Numbered from the stretch's first letter, positions 34,801 through 47,500 are shown. The stretch is DNA of 64,000 nt from Gekko japonicus (GCF_001447785.1 NW_015165932.1:1-64000), one strand, 5' to 3'. Notes: generated by a model from the sequence alone, not told the origin. Numbers and translations are program-made.

Positions 34801-37800
34801 GAGGTGACGAGAGAGGAGGTCCTAAAACTGATAGACAACTTAAAAACTGAAAAATCACCAGGCCCAGATGGCATACATCCGAGAGTTCTGAAAGAACTCA
34901 AATGTGAACTTGTAGATCTCCTGACAAAGATATGTAATCTTTCCTTAAAATCTGCCTCCATTCCTGAGGATTGGAAGGTAGCTAATGTCACTCCCATCTT
35001 TAAAAAGGGTTCCAGAGGAGATCCGGGAAATTACAGGCCAGTCAGTCTGACGTCGATACCGGGTAAATTGGTGGAAACCATTATTAAGGAAAGAATTAGT
35101 AGGCACATAGATGAACAAAACCTATTGAGGCAGACTCAGCACGGTTTCTGTAAGGGAAGATCTTGTCTCACTAACCTGTTAGTGTTCTTTGAGGGGGTGA
35201 ACAAACATGTGGACAAGGGGGATCCAATAGATATTATTTACCTTGACTTCCAGAAAGCTTTTGATAAAGTTCCTCATCAAAGGCTCCTAAGTAAGCTCAA
35301 AAATCATGGGATAGAAGGACAAGTCCTTTTATGGATCAAAAACTGGCTAGTTCATAGAAAACAGAGAGTGAGTGTAGGTGGGCAATTTTCTCAGTGGAGG
35401 GTGGTAAGCAGTGGGGTACCGCAGGGATCAGTACTTGGTCCACTGCTTTTTAACTTGTTCATTAATGATTTGGAGATGGGAGTAAGCAGTGAAGTGGCTA
35501 AATTTGCGGATGATACAAAGTTGTTCAGGGTGGTGAAAACCAGTGAGGATTGTGAGGCACTCCAAGGGGATCTGTCAAGGATGGGCGAGTGGGCGTCAAC
35601 ATGGCAAATGGGGTTCAATGTGGCCAAGTGCAAGGTGATGCACATTGGAGCCAAAAATCCTAAATATAAATACACATTGATGGGGTCTGAACTGGCAGAG
35701 ACTGAGCAAGAGAGAGATCTTGGAGTTGTAGTGGATAACTCACTGAAAATGTCGAGACAGTGTGTGACTGCAATAAAGAAGGCCAATGCTATGCTGGGGA
35801 TTATTAGGAAGGGTATTGAAAACAGATCAGCCAATATAATAATGCCCCTATATAAATCAATGGTGAGACCTCATTTGGAATACTGTGTGCAGTTCTGGGC
35901 ACCACACCTTAAAAAGGATATTATAGCTTTGGAAAAAGTGCAGAAAAGGGCAACTCGAATGATAAAAGGGTTGGAACACTTTCCCTATGAGGAAAGGTTA
36001 AAGCGCTTAGGGCTCTTTAGCTTGGAGAAAAGACGACTGAGGGGTGACATGATCGAGGTTTATAAGATTATGCATGGGAAAGAGCAGGTAAAGAAAGAGG
36101 TACTTTTCTCCCTTTCTCACAATACAAGAACTCGTGGGCACTCCATGAAACTGCAGAGCGGTCGGGTTAGAACGGATAAAAGGAAGTACTTCTTCACCCA
36201 AAGAGTGATTAACACATGGAATTCTCAGAACTATGGCTTGCCCAAGGTCATCCAGCCAGGGGCAAGTGGAGGAGTGGGGAATCAAACCCTGTTCTCCCAG
36301 ATTAGAGTCCGCACACTTAACCACTACACCAAACTGGCTCTCACACCAAGCTGGCAGGGCCACCCCTCAAGTCTATGACAGCACCCCAGCAGGACACCAC
36401 AAAGAAGGGAGGGGGGTGCAATTCTCATAGTACCCCCTCCGGGGATGCAATACACAGCCAGTACTTGGGGGACAGCTGAAAAGGCAGACATCCCCAGACT
36501 TTTGATGACGTACCCCCATGGTAGCTGGGAAGGTATAATAAATGTGCCCTCATCAATGGGGGTGTATTATTACTCTGAAACTGGGTTTGGAGCGCACCCA
36601 TCCATTGTGGTAAATTCTTCTACTCCAAGGATAAATGGAAACATATGCGAAGCTGGCAGGGCCACCCCTCAAGTCTAAAATGGCAGGTTATGAAGGACAG
36701 GTGAAAAAGTAGACCAGGCATCCCTAAACTTTCAATAAAATAACCCCATGGCTGCTTGGCAAGCACCCCAGCCAGACACCACAGGGAAAGGAAGCATGTC
36801 AACAATGCTCCCAGGCCCCCTAAGGCCCAAATACATAGATCCTCTGGTCACAGCCCACCCCTAGGTGAAATTTCTGGTTCTTCACCATTAGCGGAACACA
36901 GAGAAGAATCATAGAATCATAGAGTTGGAAGGGGCCTCCAGGCAGGCACCAGCCAGAAGTGAGCTCTCCAGGTTTGCACAAATATACATTCCATCATTCA
37001 TTTAATTTAGTTAGCACCCCTGTCACCCCCAAAAATCCTGGCTGCAGCCCTGACTTTCACCCTTATGGTGATCACAAATCGTAGGGGCTGGGGGTATATA
37101 AATGTGGGTCCTGTGAGGAGGCACCCAGTAGCGAAGCTGCAGTGTTCACCATGAGCACAGAGACTGTGGCTCAGAGTCCTAAGTCTGCTCCACACCCAAA
37201 ACCCAACAGCAGAGAGCCAATCACAAGCAGGAGGGGTGGGTGTATAGAAATGTGGGTCCTCTGGGGAGGCATCCAGTAGCGAAGCCCCAGTTCTCATCAT
37301 GAGCACAGAGACTGTGTGGCTCAGATCCCCAAGTCCACCAACCTACACCCAAACCCCAGCACCAGACAGCATAACACAAGCAAGAGGCATGCAGGTATAT
37401 CAATGTGGGTCTTCTGGGGAGGCACCCAGTTGCATTGCAGTTTTGTAAACAGTTTGGTTGATTGGTGCCAGTCTGTCTCCATTCATGAACCAACACAAAT
37501 CACCATGAACAGCGCTAAACGTTTGTGAGCCAGTTCATACCCATCTCAATTCATATCCCTGCTTAGAAACTTAAAATAGGCATCCTTCCTTTTCCAGACA
37601 TGGAACACTGTGTTGCCTGCTCAGAAGATCAATATCCAAGCAGTAGTCAAGATCAATGCATCCCCAAGATCCAAAATTTCCTCTCCTTGGCAGAACCTCT
37701 GGGCATTCTGTTAGCCTGCTTGGCTCTCTTCTTTTTGCTGATCACAGCTCTGATGCTCGGAATTTTCATTAAGCACCAGAACACTCCCATAGTCAAAGCC

Positions 37801-38586
37801 AACAATCGCAGCCTCACCTACATTCTTCTCACCTCGCTCCTTCTCTGCTTCAGTTGCTCTCTGCTATTCATTGGACAGCCAAATGAGTTGACCTGTCTGC
37901 TCCGACAAACATTGTTTGGAATCATCTTCTCAGTTGCTGTTTCTTCTGTCTTGGCAAAAACTGTGACAGTAGTTGTGGCTTTCATGGCCTCCAAACCAGG
38001 AAGTATTGTCAGGAAATGGATGGGGAAAAGAATGATGTATTCAATTGTCATTTCCTGTTCTCTTGTTCAAGTAGGTATTTGTAGTCTTTGGTTGAGTATT
38101 TCTCCCCCATTCCCAGATCTGGACATGGACTCATCGATGGAAAACATCATAGTGAAATGCAATGAAGGGTCAGTCACCATGTTTTACTGTGTCTTGGGCT
38201 ACATGGGCTTTCTGGCCACCATCAGCTTCACTGTGGCTTTCCTAGCCAGGAAGCTGCCTGACACTTTCAATGAAGCCAAGTTCATCACCTTCAGCATGTT
38301 AATCTTTTGCAGTGTCTGGCTGTCCTTTGTCCCGAGCTACCTGAGCACCAGAGGAAAAGACATGGTGGCCATGGAGATCTTCTCCATCTTGGCCTCCAGT
38401 GCTAGCTTACTGTGCTGTATCTTTTCTCCCAAATGCTATATCATAATACTGAGGCCTGAGTTGAACAGCAGAGAGCAGCTGGTAAGAAAAAAAAAGATCT
38501 TTAATACTCTATCCACCTGCTCTCTTGGTACTGAAGTACGTTGTGAATGTCCATGGCAGTGCAACCATGCAAAATACAACACTTAG
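25666..38586 (+). CDS. Vmn2r: V2R-2: vomeronasal type-2 receptor (family-level call), 6 exons, ~897 aa, open frame with extended C-tail
   Basis: Exons 25666-25874, 26815-27106, 28352-29200, 29321-29548, 32034-32160, 37598-38586; GT-AG, phase-compatible, total 2694 nt. Confidence 0.92.
26815..27106 (+). CDS. Vmn2r: V2R-2 exon 2
   Basis: [19 protein letters not shown], 292 bp. Confidence 0.93.
28352..29200 (+). CDS. Vmn2r: V2R-2 exon 3
   Basis: [26 protein letters not shown], 849 bp. Confidence 0.93.
29321..29548 (+). CDS. Vmn2r: V2R-2 exon 4
   Basis: [22 protein letters not shown], 228 bp. Confidence 0.9.
29696..29898. other. Assembly gap (N run); further gaps at 38917-39133, 41878-42012, 59811-59852
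   Basis: Runs of n. Confidence 1.
30535..30955. mobile_element. PIF/Harbinger-like MITE
   Basis: TIRs GGTCCCGGTCACACGGG / CCAGTGTGGCAGGGGCC, 3-bp TSD AGT; same family as 60810-61252 in opposite orientation. Confidence 0.8.
31917..31980. repeat. 3x ~21-bp tandem repeat GAGATCTCAGATATCATATT
   Basis: Single copy at the paralogous position in V2R-3 (~52378). Confidence 0.85.
32034..32160 (+). CDS. Vmn2r: V2R-2 exon 5
   Basis: [29 protein letters not shown], 127 bp. Confidence 0.92.
32440..32790. repeat. Degenerate ~33-bp minisatellite inside a repeat-rich, hAT-like insertion (~32300-37550) in V2R-2 intron 5
   Basis: Repeated ATGTAGACATGGTGGCTC(G/A)AAGCCC; the insertion is absent from the 588-bp paralogous intron 5 of V2R-3. 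Confidence 0.7.
32958..33309. repeat. Perfect 176-bp tandem duplication
   Basis: 32958-33133 repeated at 33134-33309, both ending in (GAA)n. Confidence 0.9.
33314..36224 (+). mobile_element. CR1 LINE with uninterrupted ORF2 (APE endonuclease + RT), truncated at both ends
   Basis: [57 protein letters not shown]; ends at ...TWNS with no 3' UTR. Confidence 0.95.
36225..36342 (-). mobile_element. tRNA-derived SINE 5' part (its (GAA)n tail lies at 33292-33313, on the other side of the CR1)
   Basis: Reverse complement GAGAGCCAGTTTGGTGTAGTGGTTAAGTGTGCGGACTCTAATCTGGGAGAACAGGGTTTGATTCCCC. Confidence 0.8.
37598..38586 (+). CDS. Vmn2r: V2R-2 exon 6 (7TM)
   Basis: TTCCAG|AC acceptor; [35 protein letters not shown]. 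Confidence 0.94.
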
Positions 38587-38916
38587 GCTGCGGTCACACG
38601 GAACATTAGCCACCCTAGTCAGATGGAAGACATGCGGAGTTTCCGGACGCGATCTCACCGGCACGTCTGGGAAGCGTAGCACTCCCGTGGCCCAAACGAG
38701 GCTTCCCACTGAACCCGCGCAGCAAAAAACTAGTACCTCGGAGGTACTAGTATCCGGAAACCGCGGGGCAAGGGCGGGCGTCAGATCGCGCTTCCGGTGG
38801 CATCCGGCGCCCGCCCATGTTCCCGTCCGTGCGAAAATGTTTTTTCCCCCAGGTCTTCGTGGATGCGCAAAAGCACCCTACGGAGCATGCGCAGTCGTGC
38901 TGTACAGAAAAAAAAA
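38586..38916. mobile_element. Harbinger-like MITE (left part, runs into gap)
   Basis: TTA|GGCTGCGGTCACACGG end similar to the other Harbinger-like TIRs in the window; CpG-rich. Confidence 0.6.
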
Positions 38917-39833
38917 NNNNNNNNNNNNNNNNNNNNNNNNNNNNNNNNNNNNNNNNNNNNNNNNNNNNNNNNNNNNNNNNNNNNNNNNNNNNNNNNNNNN
39001 NNNNNNNNNNNNNNNNNNNNNNNNNNNNNNNNNNNNNNNNNNNNNNNNNNNNNNNNNNNNNNNNNNNNNNNNNNNNNNNNNNNNNNNNNNNNNNNNNNNN
39101 NNNNNNNNNNNNNNNNNNNNNNNNNNNNNNNNNAAAGAGTGTAGTCTGCTCCTAATAATCATTTGTATGTAGAATATTATGGGTGATGAAATCATAGTTT
39201 GTATAACAGGATCTTTTGCCTGGTTTCAATGATAGAAGTGTTAAAATATCTTAAATTCACCCTAACAGAAGTCATTAGAAAAATATTGGGGTTAAGCAGC
39301 TCAAAGCCTATTACAGAGAATCCATACTGTCTCTCTGTTTAATGAATGAAATAAAGGAATCGTACCTCTGAGTGATCCATGTAAATCTAAAAAACAAAAC
39401 ATGAAAAATTCTTCAAAAGTTAAATTCAGCAACTACACCAGATATTGAAATATGGGCTGAAACAATGTTGGACTTTGCTGACAAAGATAGACAAGAAACA
39501 AAAGTGAAAATAACTCATGGTGGTAATTCCTTAAATGTAGGGAATTTCCAGAAGAGATAGATGGTTTTCGTTCAAGTATGTCATAGTATTTTCTGTAAGT
39601 GATTATAGATTCAGTAGTAGGGATTTTTATCTGTGCTAAGTTTGCCTCTTTTGGGGGAATTGTGTCATTTCATGAGTAAAATACAAAAGCAGTTTGTTTC
39701 ATCATCAACACAGTTGTGATTGCTCGTATAAAATACAACAGCACGGCAGCATGAGTTTTAGATGAGGTTCTTTCCAGAAAGTAGGAGCATCTAGCTGCTG
39801 CTCGTAATATGACAACTGCTGCTGCTCTGGCTG

Positions 39834-39940
39834 CTAGTACTACTATAGCTATTACTACTACTACTATCACTACCACTACTACTTCATGTAGCTACTACTA
39901 TGTATACTACTATGTATACTATGTAGTATACGATGTATAC
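39834..39940. repeat. (TAC)n / TATGTATAC simple repeats
   Basis: Direct inspection. Confidence 0.8.
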
Positions 39941-40969
39941 TCCCTTGGCTTTTGATGTATTTGACTCATACAAAATGAAACTCAATAGATTGAAGGTGAT
40001 CTTGTGGTGAGTATGTTATAAGGATTAAATGGAAAAGGGGAGGGTAATGTCAAGCACTATTGGCCCTTCTTGGGGGGAGAGGGGATATACATATCCAATC
40101 AGTAGCCAAGTGTTCTGAAAGAGGGGCAGGACTCTGATCAAAGGCAAGAAGCAACATTGCAATGCCCCTCCCACCAAAGGCAGTATCCAACCTTCCATTA
40201 ATGTAACTAGTAGACTAGGAGCAGAGGAGAGAAAATATATCCTTAAAGATTATGGTAGAAGAATTTGAGAATTCTTTGTTTGCAGCTCAGTGATTTAAGG
40301 CCAAAGTAGGCATCACAGAGAACACATCTCTTCCTTGTATACCCCTTCAACACATTGTGAAGAGAGATTGCTGACATCACTCCATCAATGAATCACTGAA
40401 TCAGAGTGGGAATGCAAAAATGCTTTCACTAGACAATACTCAGGAGACTTGCAACCATTTGCAATAGTGGTAGTACATGTACTTTGGTTTAGAGCCATTA
40501 GGTACACTCATTTTCATCACCCCTGATCCCATAAAATTCCTGTCATTTTCCACTTGGTGAACATCAACTTTTGCTAGAATTTCAGCTCATGAAATTGCAT
40601 TCGAAACCAGATGACATGTGAGCCCCTTGGTTAATTTTAGCAACTGAAAGGATAGTGACAGCTAGCCATACATTTCACATAGTATAGTTTAGTTTGGTCC
40701 TTAGTCTACCAAGAATGCTAATTGTATGATGTCTTGCAGATAACTCATGAATTTAGACTCAGGTGCCGGATATGATTGAGGTTTGGTTGCAGGGGAGGAA
40801 GTATCCCCTTGTAGTACTGCCACTTCTGTTCAAAGCATGCCCATTTCCTGTTTGATTCCCTCCTAAGTCTTATTATGGAATGTTGCCAGTTCTGGTGCAA
40901 TCTGAAAACCGTGTTTGCTTCAACAATTTGACACAAAGAATTGTACACAGATCTAAAAAAAAAGCATGG

Positions 40970-41086
40970 TGTGATTATCCCCCCAGTAATTATCAAAATG
41001 ACTATAATTGATCTACCCGGTCAAAACTCCAATGTATCTCCACAACACATCAAAAATGTGCATCTGAAATGTGTGGTTATAAAAAT
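40970..41086 (+). promoter_or_regulatory. Putative V2R-3 core promoter
   Basis: ATTATCCCCCCAGTAATTATCAAA (40974-40997), TAATTG, TATA-like TTATAAAAA (~41078). Confidence 0.6.
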
Positions 41087-41339
41087 ACCTCTGGATTCTT
41101 CATAACTAATACAAGGAGCTGGAGACATAACTAAGTCAACGGACTTTATCTTTAATCAACAATCCTCAATTGGCATTCAATACTTGGTTTCTGTGTCCCA
41201 TTCTGTCAGGCAATAACCTTGTTGAATTCCAGGCTCAGAACTGAATTGAAAGTGCCAGCTACCATCCCAGCCACCTTCTGGAAGTGCTGGAGGAAACCAG
41301 GAGACTCTGCATCTTGAAAGAATCTTTGCCATCAGCAAG

Positions 41340-41548
41340 ATGCAGTCTTTGATGCTGCTCATGCTTTTTCATGAAGTGCATGACGTCCACACTACGAAAT
41401 GTGCATGGGTAGAAACCCTGCAGATTCCCCATGAGTGGTATCAGCCAGGTGAAATGCTCGTTGGTGCAATCGTAACTCATATTGGTGGCAATTCCCCCCA
41501 AATTTTCTTCGACAAATACCCTTCTCGGGAATCCACTCACTTCCTATA
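41340..41548 (+). CDS. Vmn2r: V2R-3 exon 1
   Basis: [24 protein letters not shown]..; TA|GTAAGG donor. Confidence 0.88.
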
Positions 41549-44500
41549 GTAAGGAATGTTTTCTCTATGTAACAATATTTATTTTTAAGTGTATTGTTTG
41601 TTTGTTTTTGCCGGTATGATTGAGTTGAAAGGAGATGGGTATTGTTTTTAAAATGTGTATGTGCAAAGGAATTAGAATGGTAGTATAATGGAATAGCTCA
41701 GCAGGTCACTTTTGTAAGGGAATAGGATTGCACTGTTTCATGATCGCCTAGTTTGCTCTTCTACATTGTACTTCACTTCATGCATTATGGCACGTCATGC
41801 CTTTGTGTTTCAATAGTTTTCCAATTCTATAAACCTGATTGTTGCATCTTGATTAGGAAATTGGGCTACATATAACANNNNNNNNNNNNNNNNNNNNNNN
41901 NNNNNNNNNNNNNNNNNNNNNNNNNNNNNNNNNNNNNNNNNNNNNNNNNNNNNNNNNNNNNNNNNNNNNNNNNNNNNNNNNNNNNNNNNNNNNNNNNNNN
42001 NNNNNNNNNNNNTATAGTCTGCCTTTTTTGTAGATGTGTATGCATTGTATATACCCAATTGTCACACACTGACACCGATAATTAGGATATTGTTAAACAA
42101 ATGACATGCTCAAAAATTAGGACTAATCTCACTTGGCCAGCTGGATCTCTACAAACATTAACTTTTACATGCCATGTCCACTCTGTAGGTTTCAGTAGTT
42201 CATTTTTATAAGTTTGCAAATTGAGACCAAAACGTTCTGATTTGTTTAGATTTGTTTGATAACATCAGGTTATTAGAAATGTTTTGAATGATACACTTTA
42301 AGTGGAATATGACTAAGAGATACAGGTAAAACATCTGCATATAACTAGGTGTTAGAGCATTATTCACCATTTTGAAGTGTTGTTATTCTATACAATTTTA
42401 GATTTAGAACAGTTAGTTACAACAGGAAAACAAATAACAGGGGTGCCTTATAAACTTTCCCGGGTTATTTAGAAATATATTTGAGATGTTGTAATTTACT
42501 ATGATTTTACCCATAGTCCCATCTCAACAGGTCCCAACAAATCTTTTCTTATGTGTGTATGGCTAGTGTTTTCAATTATTTGATTTCCTGCATAATTCTA
42601 TATAATGCAGTGATTTCATATCCTGTATAATTGTCCTGTCAAACCAAAGGCAATTTTATTTGCAGTTTTGTCCCCAAGTTCTACCAGCACATCCTGGCCT
42701 TGGTGTTTGCCATCTCTGAAATTAATAACAATCCCAAGATCTTGCCCAATCTCACATTGGGGTTCCATATCCTTGACAACTACTTTGAAGCAAGGATGGA
42801 TTATCGTACCACTCTGGACCTACTTTTCAAATCACAAAGGTTTGTTCCCAGCTATCAATGTGGCTCCAAGAAAAAACTAATAGGAGTTACTGGGGGACTT
42901 GATTTGCATACTTCCACACACATGGCAGACGTCTTGGGTCTTTACAAGATTCCACAGGTAAGATCAGTGCATGGAGATGACTGGGGTTTCTCAAAACTTT
43001 CCTTGCCTTTCTGGTAATACTTTTTAAGTTTCACAAAGAAGATAAAAGCTTGAGTCCCCTAGCACCTTTAAGACCAACAAAGTTTTATTCAAGGTGTAAG
43101 CTTTTCTGTGCAAGCACACTGCATCAGATACAAAACTGGACTCAAACTTTGTTCTGGTACTTTAGACCAACATGGCTACCCAGCTGAATCTACCACAAAG
43201 AAGATAATGATAGCTGGAAAAAGAAAGAAAAGAATGTGAAATATATGGTTTTGTCACTGGAGACTGAGACACAGCACTATAGGTAGATGTGAGGGAAGGT
43301 TTCGGAGAATTTAAGTTTAACATATAAAGTGTTCAGTCATAGATGGCTGAAAAAATGGAGGAAGGAGAGAACATGCCCACAAAAGAAAATTGCCTTGTTC
43401 AACCTTGATTCATTTTAGCTGGTACAACAAAATACAACTCCTATTCACATTGCTGATCATGGCTGGCAGCTGGAACACTTCAGTTAGGACAGGATTTTCT
43501 GTGCAAGCACACTGCATCAGATACAAAACTGGACTCAAACTTTGTTCTGGTACTTTAGACCAAACTTTGTTCTGGTACTTTAGACCAACATGGCTACCCA
43601 GCTGAATCTATCACAAAGAAGATAATGATAGCTGGAAAAAAAGAAAGAAAAGAGTGTGAAATATATGGATTTGCACTGGAGACTGAGACACAGTACTATA
43701 GGTAGATGTGAGAGAAGGTTTCAGAGAATTTAAGTTTAAGTTTAACATATAAAGTGTTCAGTCATAGATGGCTGAAAAAATGGAGGAAGGAGAGAACATG
43801 CCCACAAAAGAAAATTGCCTTGTTCAACCTTGATTCATTTTAGCTGGTACAACAAAATACAACTCCTATTCACATTGCTGATCATGGCTGGCAGCTGGAA
43901 CACTTCAGTTAGGACAGGAAAAGGGAGGAATGAACATCATGCTTATTTATATTAGATTTAATGCTGGTGTATTCTAATAAATATGTTTGTAATTTGTAAT
44001 TTTCACTTTAATGTAAAGTAAGTTCCGTTCATACTTTATGTTAAGCAAATGTAAAGTAAAAAAGCAATACCTTAGGATCCCGGTCTCGCACCATGAGAAC
44101 AAGGATTATCAGATGGCCCACTTCCATTTTAGTGAAGAAGTTCTTTTGAGGTTTTGCTTTGTATGATTGCCACCTTAGAGAAGGGTGACTTCCAGGGATA
44201 GGATGTTTGCCATTGTCATGTGAGAACTCGACAGAACTCGAGACCTCCTTTCAGTCAGCAGATCATCCAGTCTGAATCTGTTCTCTTTTATTTTTTATTG
44301 CTTTTCTACTACATACTACAAAGGAAAGGGATATACAGGGTACTAATGTCACGGTCAGGTATGACAACTAACACTAATAAAACAAGAGATATAGCAAGGA
44401 TCATAATACATATGGATTACTGATTAGTCATTCCTACTATTATCAGATTACAAACATACAACAGGATGATACTGGTTTTCTTATTTCACTAAGACTAAGT

Positions 44501-47500
44501 CAAACCCATTTATCCTTATTTGATGCATCATAGCATCTTAAAGCACTCATGGACTTTCAGGATTTCAATAAAGTCACTATTTCCTGTGTTTAGCTTTATC
44601 ATATTTCTATTGGACATTAAGTGTTTTTGGAGCTGCTTCTCCTATTTCAGAAACAGATTCTTCTGCAGAGCTGCCAAAAATAATTTCACTGGCTTCTGAG
44701 TCACAATCGCTTTTTTCCTCTGTTTGTACGGTGGCCTCTGCTTTCCCTTGGACTTTGGATGTGGATTGTTGCTGCTACATGAAAATTTTTGCTTTTTGGA
44801 CAGAATCATTCTTCTCTTTCTTTCTGTTGTATTTGAAGAGAAGTCCTTCTGGAAATATCCATCTGAAGGGAGTGGAGTTCTTATGCAGAAAAGCAGTTAG
44901 ATTTTTGTACTGTCATCTCCTCTTGTGGATTTCAAATGGAATGTCCTTTAAAATCTTCGCTTCTTCGCCTTTGATTTTCAGTGGTTTCCCATTTGTTGCT
45001 TTTAAAATTGAATGTCTGGTTGATCTTTTGGAGAATTTAACAAATATTTCACCAGGCAGTTTATTTTCCTTCATAAAATCCAGATAGGTTCGGTAAACCA
45101 TATCCATTTTAAATCTGCCATTGGTGTCAATGCTTCACTCAAAAGTTCTTTTAAATTCTCCCCTTGTTAATCTGGGATACCCTGGAATCGCAGGACGTAT
45201 AATGATTTTTCCATTTGTACCTGTAACAATTGTTCTTTATCTGAGATCCGTTCTTTTTCCACTTCCTCCAGTTGCTGTTTGATAGCATTCACCTTATTGT
45301 CAACTTGTTTCATTGCTTTATTCATCTCATCTGTCTTCTTGGCTGTGTCCATCATTTGCTTCTGGAGACAATCTAATTTGCAATTGACATTAGTCATCTG
45401 GCACAACGCACAACGCTGTGGCCATCATCTTTGGGAAGTCAGTAACTGCTTCCGGTTTATGAGCTGAGATCACTGAATCGGCACTTCCTGGAGAAGATCT
45501 TAGCCTTTTCACCATTTTGTCTCCTCTGGTCGACATTGTTTACACAAGAATAAAGTTTGTTTGAGAAGCCTGTAAGTCTATTTATTTATTTCTGTGTTGA
45601 GCTATTCAGCACCCCTTTTGGCTAGATTGAAGCTTTTCTATTTACAACCGTGTCTTGCCTCCAAATTATTGCTTAGAAACTGCTTTTCTTTTCAGGGGGA
45701 ATCCCCAGCTCCTCCCCTCCCACCATAGGAGTTTGGGGCTTGTGATTGGTTCTCCGCTTTAACGTTTGACTAGCTCTTCGGGGCTTCGATAAACTCACAG
45801 TTCATTTGGATGATTTTTTTTCAAAGTAGGAAGAGCTTTGAATCACAGGATCACTTGCTCGCCTCGTCCGGCATGTGCTTCTAAGTGCCATAATGGCCTT
45901 GCGGAAGCGGGACCTATCAGGATAAAGGGGAGCCTTAATTCCTTGGCCGTCACCTCAGAAGAGGCAGCCATCAGCACCCCAGGCTGTGAACCCCCCTGCA
46001 GGGGCTCTAGGGGGGCATGGAAACATCCACACACCCTCCCATCTGCCACAATTTAGGTCACTCACATCAGAGTGTGATGTGAGCACACCCATCCAGCGAA
46101 TCGCCAAAACCGGAAATCTCAATTGTTCTCTTTTAGATGCAGGTTGAAAAGGACTTTTCTTTACCCAAGCTTTTCAGTTAATTAATCTGCTCCTCTGAAT
46201 TCATATTTAATTCTCTGGTTTACTTTTCCCCTCTCCACTATTTCATTGTTAAGGTTTCCTTTATTATGAAATGTTCTAAAACTCTCTGAAGAATTATGGA
46301 TACACTAGTTTTCACAGATTTTGACTCAGACTTTGCTGTACAAAGTCCTGACCTCTACCTGACACCCCACATAAAGTAAAGGAGGCTTCCGATTCTCTCT
46401 GCAGCAAATATAGGTGTAGTTACAAAGTTTTCTCTTACTCCATGGTTACAAAGAAAGGCTCTCTTTTATTTATTATCTACATCCTTTATTCATCAAAACC
46501 ACAAATCATCACATCATTTTTAACTGTGTGAAGTGGCATGCACACACAAACATAGCCTTTACTGGCGTTTCAACCAACAGATACTAAAAGGAAGGGCAGA
46601 ACTTGATGTCTGGCACACTACCCTGTAGGCTGGGAAGGGATAAAACAAGTAGGACATTCTCTTTCACACTCAGTATCCTTCCCACCACTTTTCAGGTACT
46701 CTTCAGGAAGGAGACCAAGGAAGGGTGTGTGGAGGATCATCAGTTTTCTTGCAACCCGCTTTTGGCTCCTAGAACTGAATAGTGTCTAAAGCTCCTTTTA
46801 CTTTTTTTAAGCCTGCATCCTACATAGTACATCAAGAGGAGGCATTCCTTGTCCACCACCTCCATCTGTTGCTGGCCATCCATACATTTTCAATGGTGAA
46901 ATTCCAGCACCAAGGAACTCCCCTCCCTGTCCCTTCTGACTGGTCAGCAATGAGAAGGTGGTTTGATGACATGTCAGAGGATACTCCCCTAAACTTTTAC
47001 CATTAAGCACACACCTGTACTATATAGGACTTCCCACTTAATGCCTAATCAGTCCAAACCACAGGCCTACTTAATGCCAAGCCACTCAGAGCCTGCAATG
47101 TAATATTACACTTTCACCAGTTATTTGGAAATGGGCACAAAACACAACTGTTCACCCCCTAAACAACCAGCAATCCTATCCTGGTGAGCAAGAGAGGTAG
47201 GAAGAAACTACTGGACACAAGTGTTGGTGGTGGTGGTGTTCAGTCGCACAGTCGAGACCGACTCTTTGCGACCCCATGGACCAGCTCCCGCCAGGCCTTC
47301 TGGTCTTCCGCCGTCCTCTGAAGTTTGCTCAACTTCATGTTCGTTGCATCGATGACACTGTCTAACCATCTCATCCTTTGCTGTCCCCATCTTCTTTGAC
47401 CTTCAATCTTTCCCAGCATCAGGGTCTTCTCCAGTGAGTGCTCCCTTCTCAGTTGGTGGCCAAAGTATTTGAGCTTCAGTTTCATTATCTGGCCTTCCAG

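Noticed and set aside
33277-36378. 1033-aa ORF as a host or domesticated gene
   Set aside because: It is CR1 ORF2, near-identical to another copy at 18014; its N- and C-termini come from a (GAA)n tail and an antisense SINE
43085-43135. Penelope-type minimal hammerhead ribozyme (minus strand CTGATGCA..GAAA)
   Set aside because: The core deviates from CUGANGA and pairing is degraded; at best a dead remnant, as are weaker hints near 1700 and 20710
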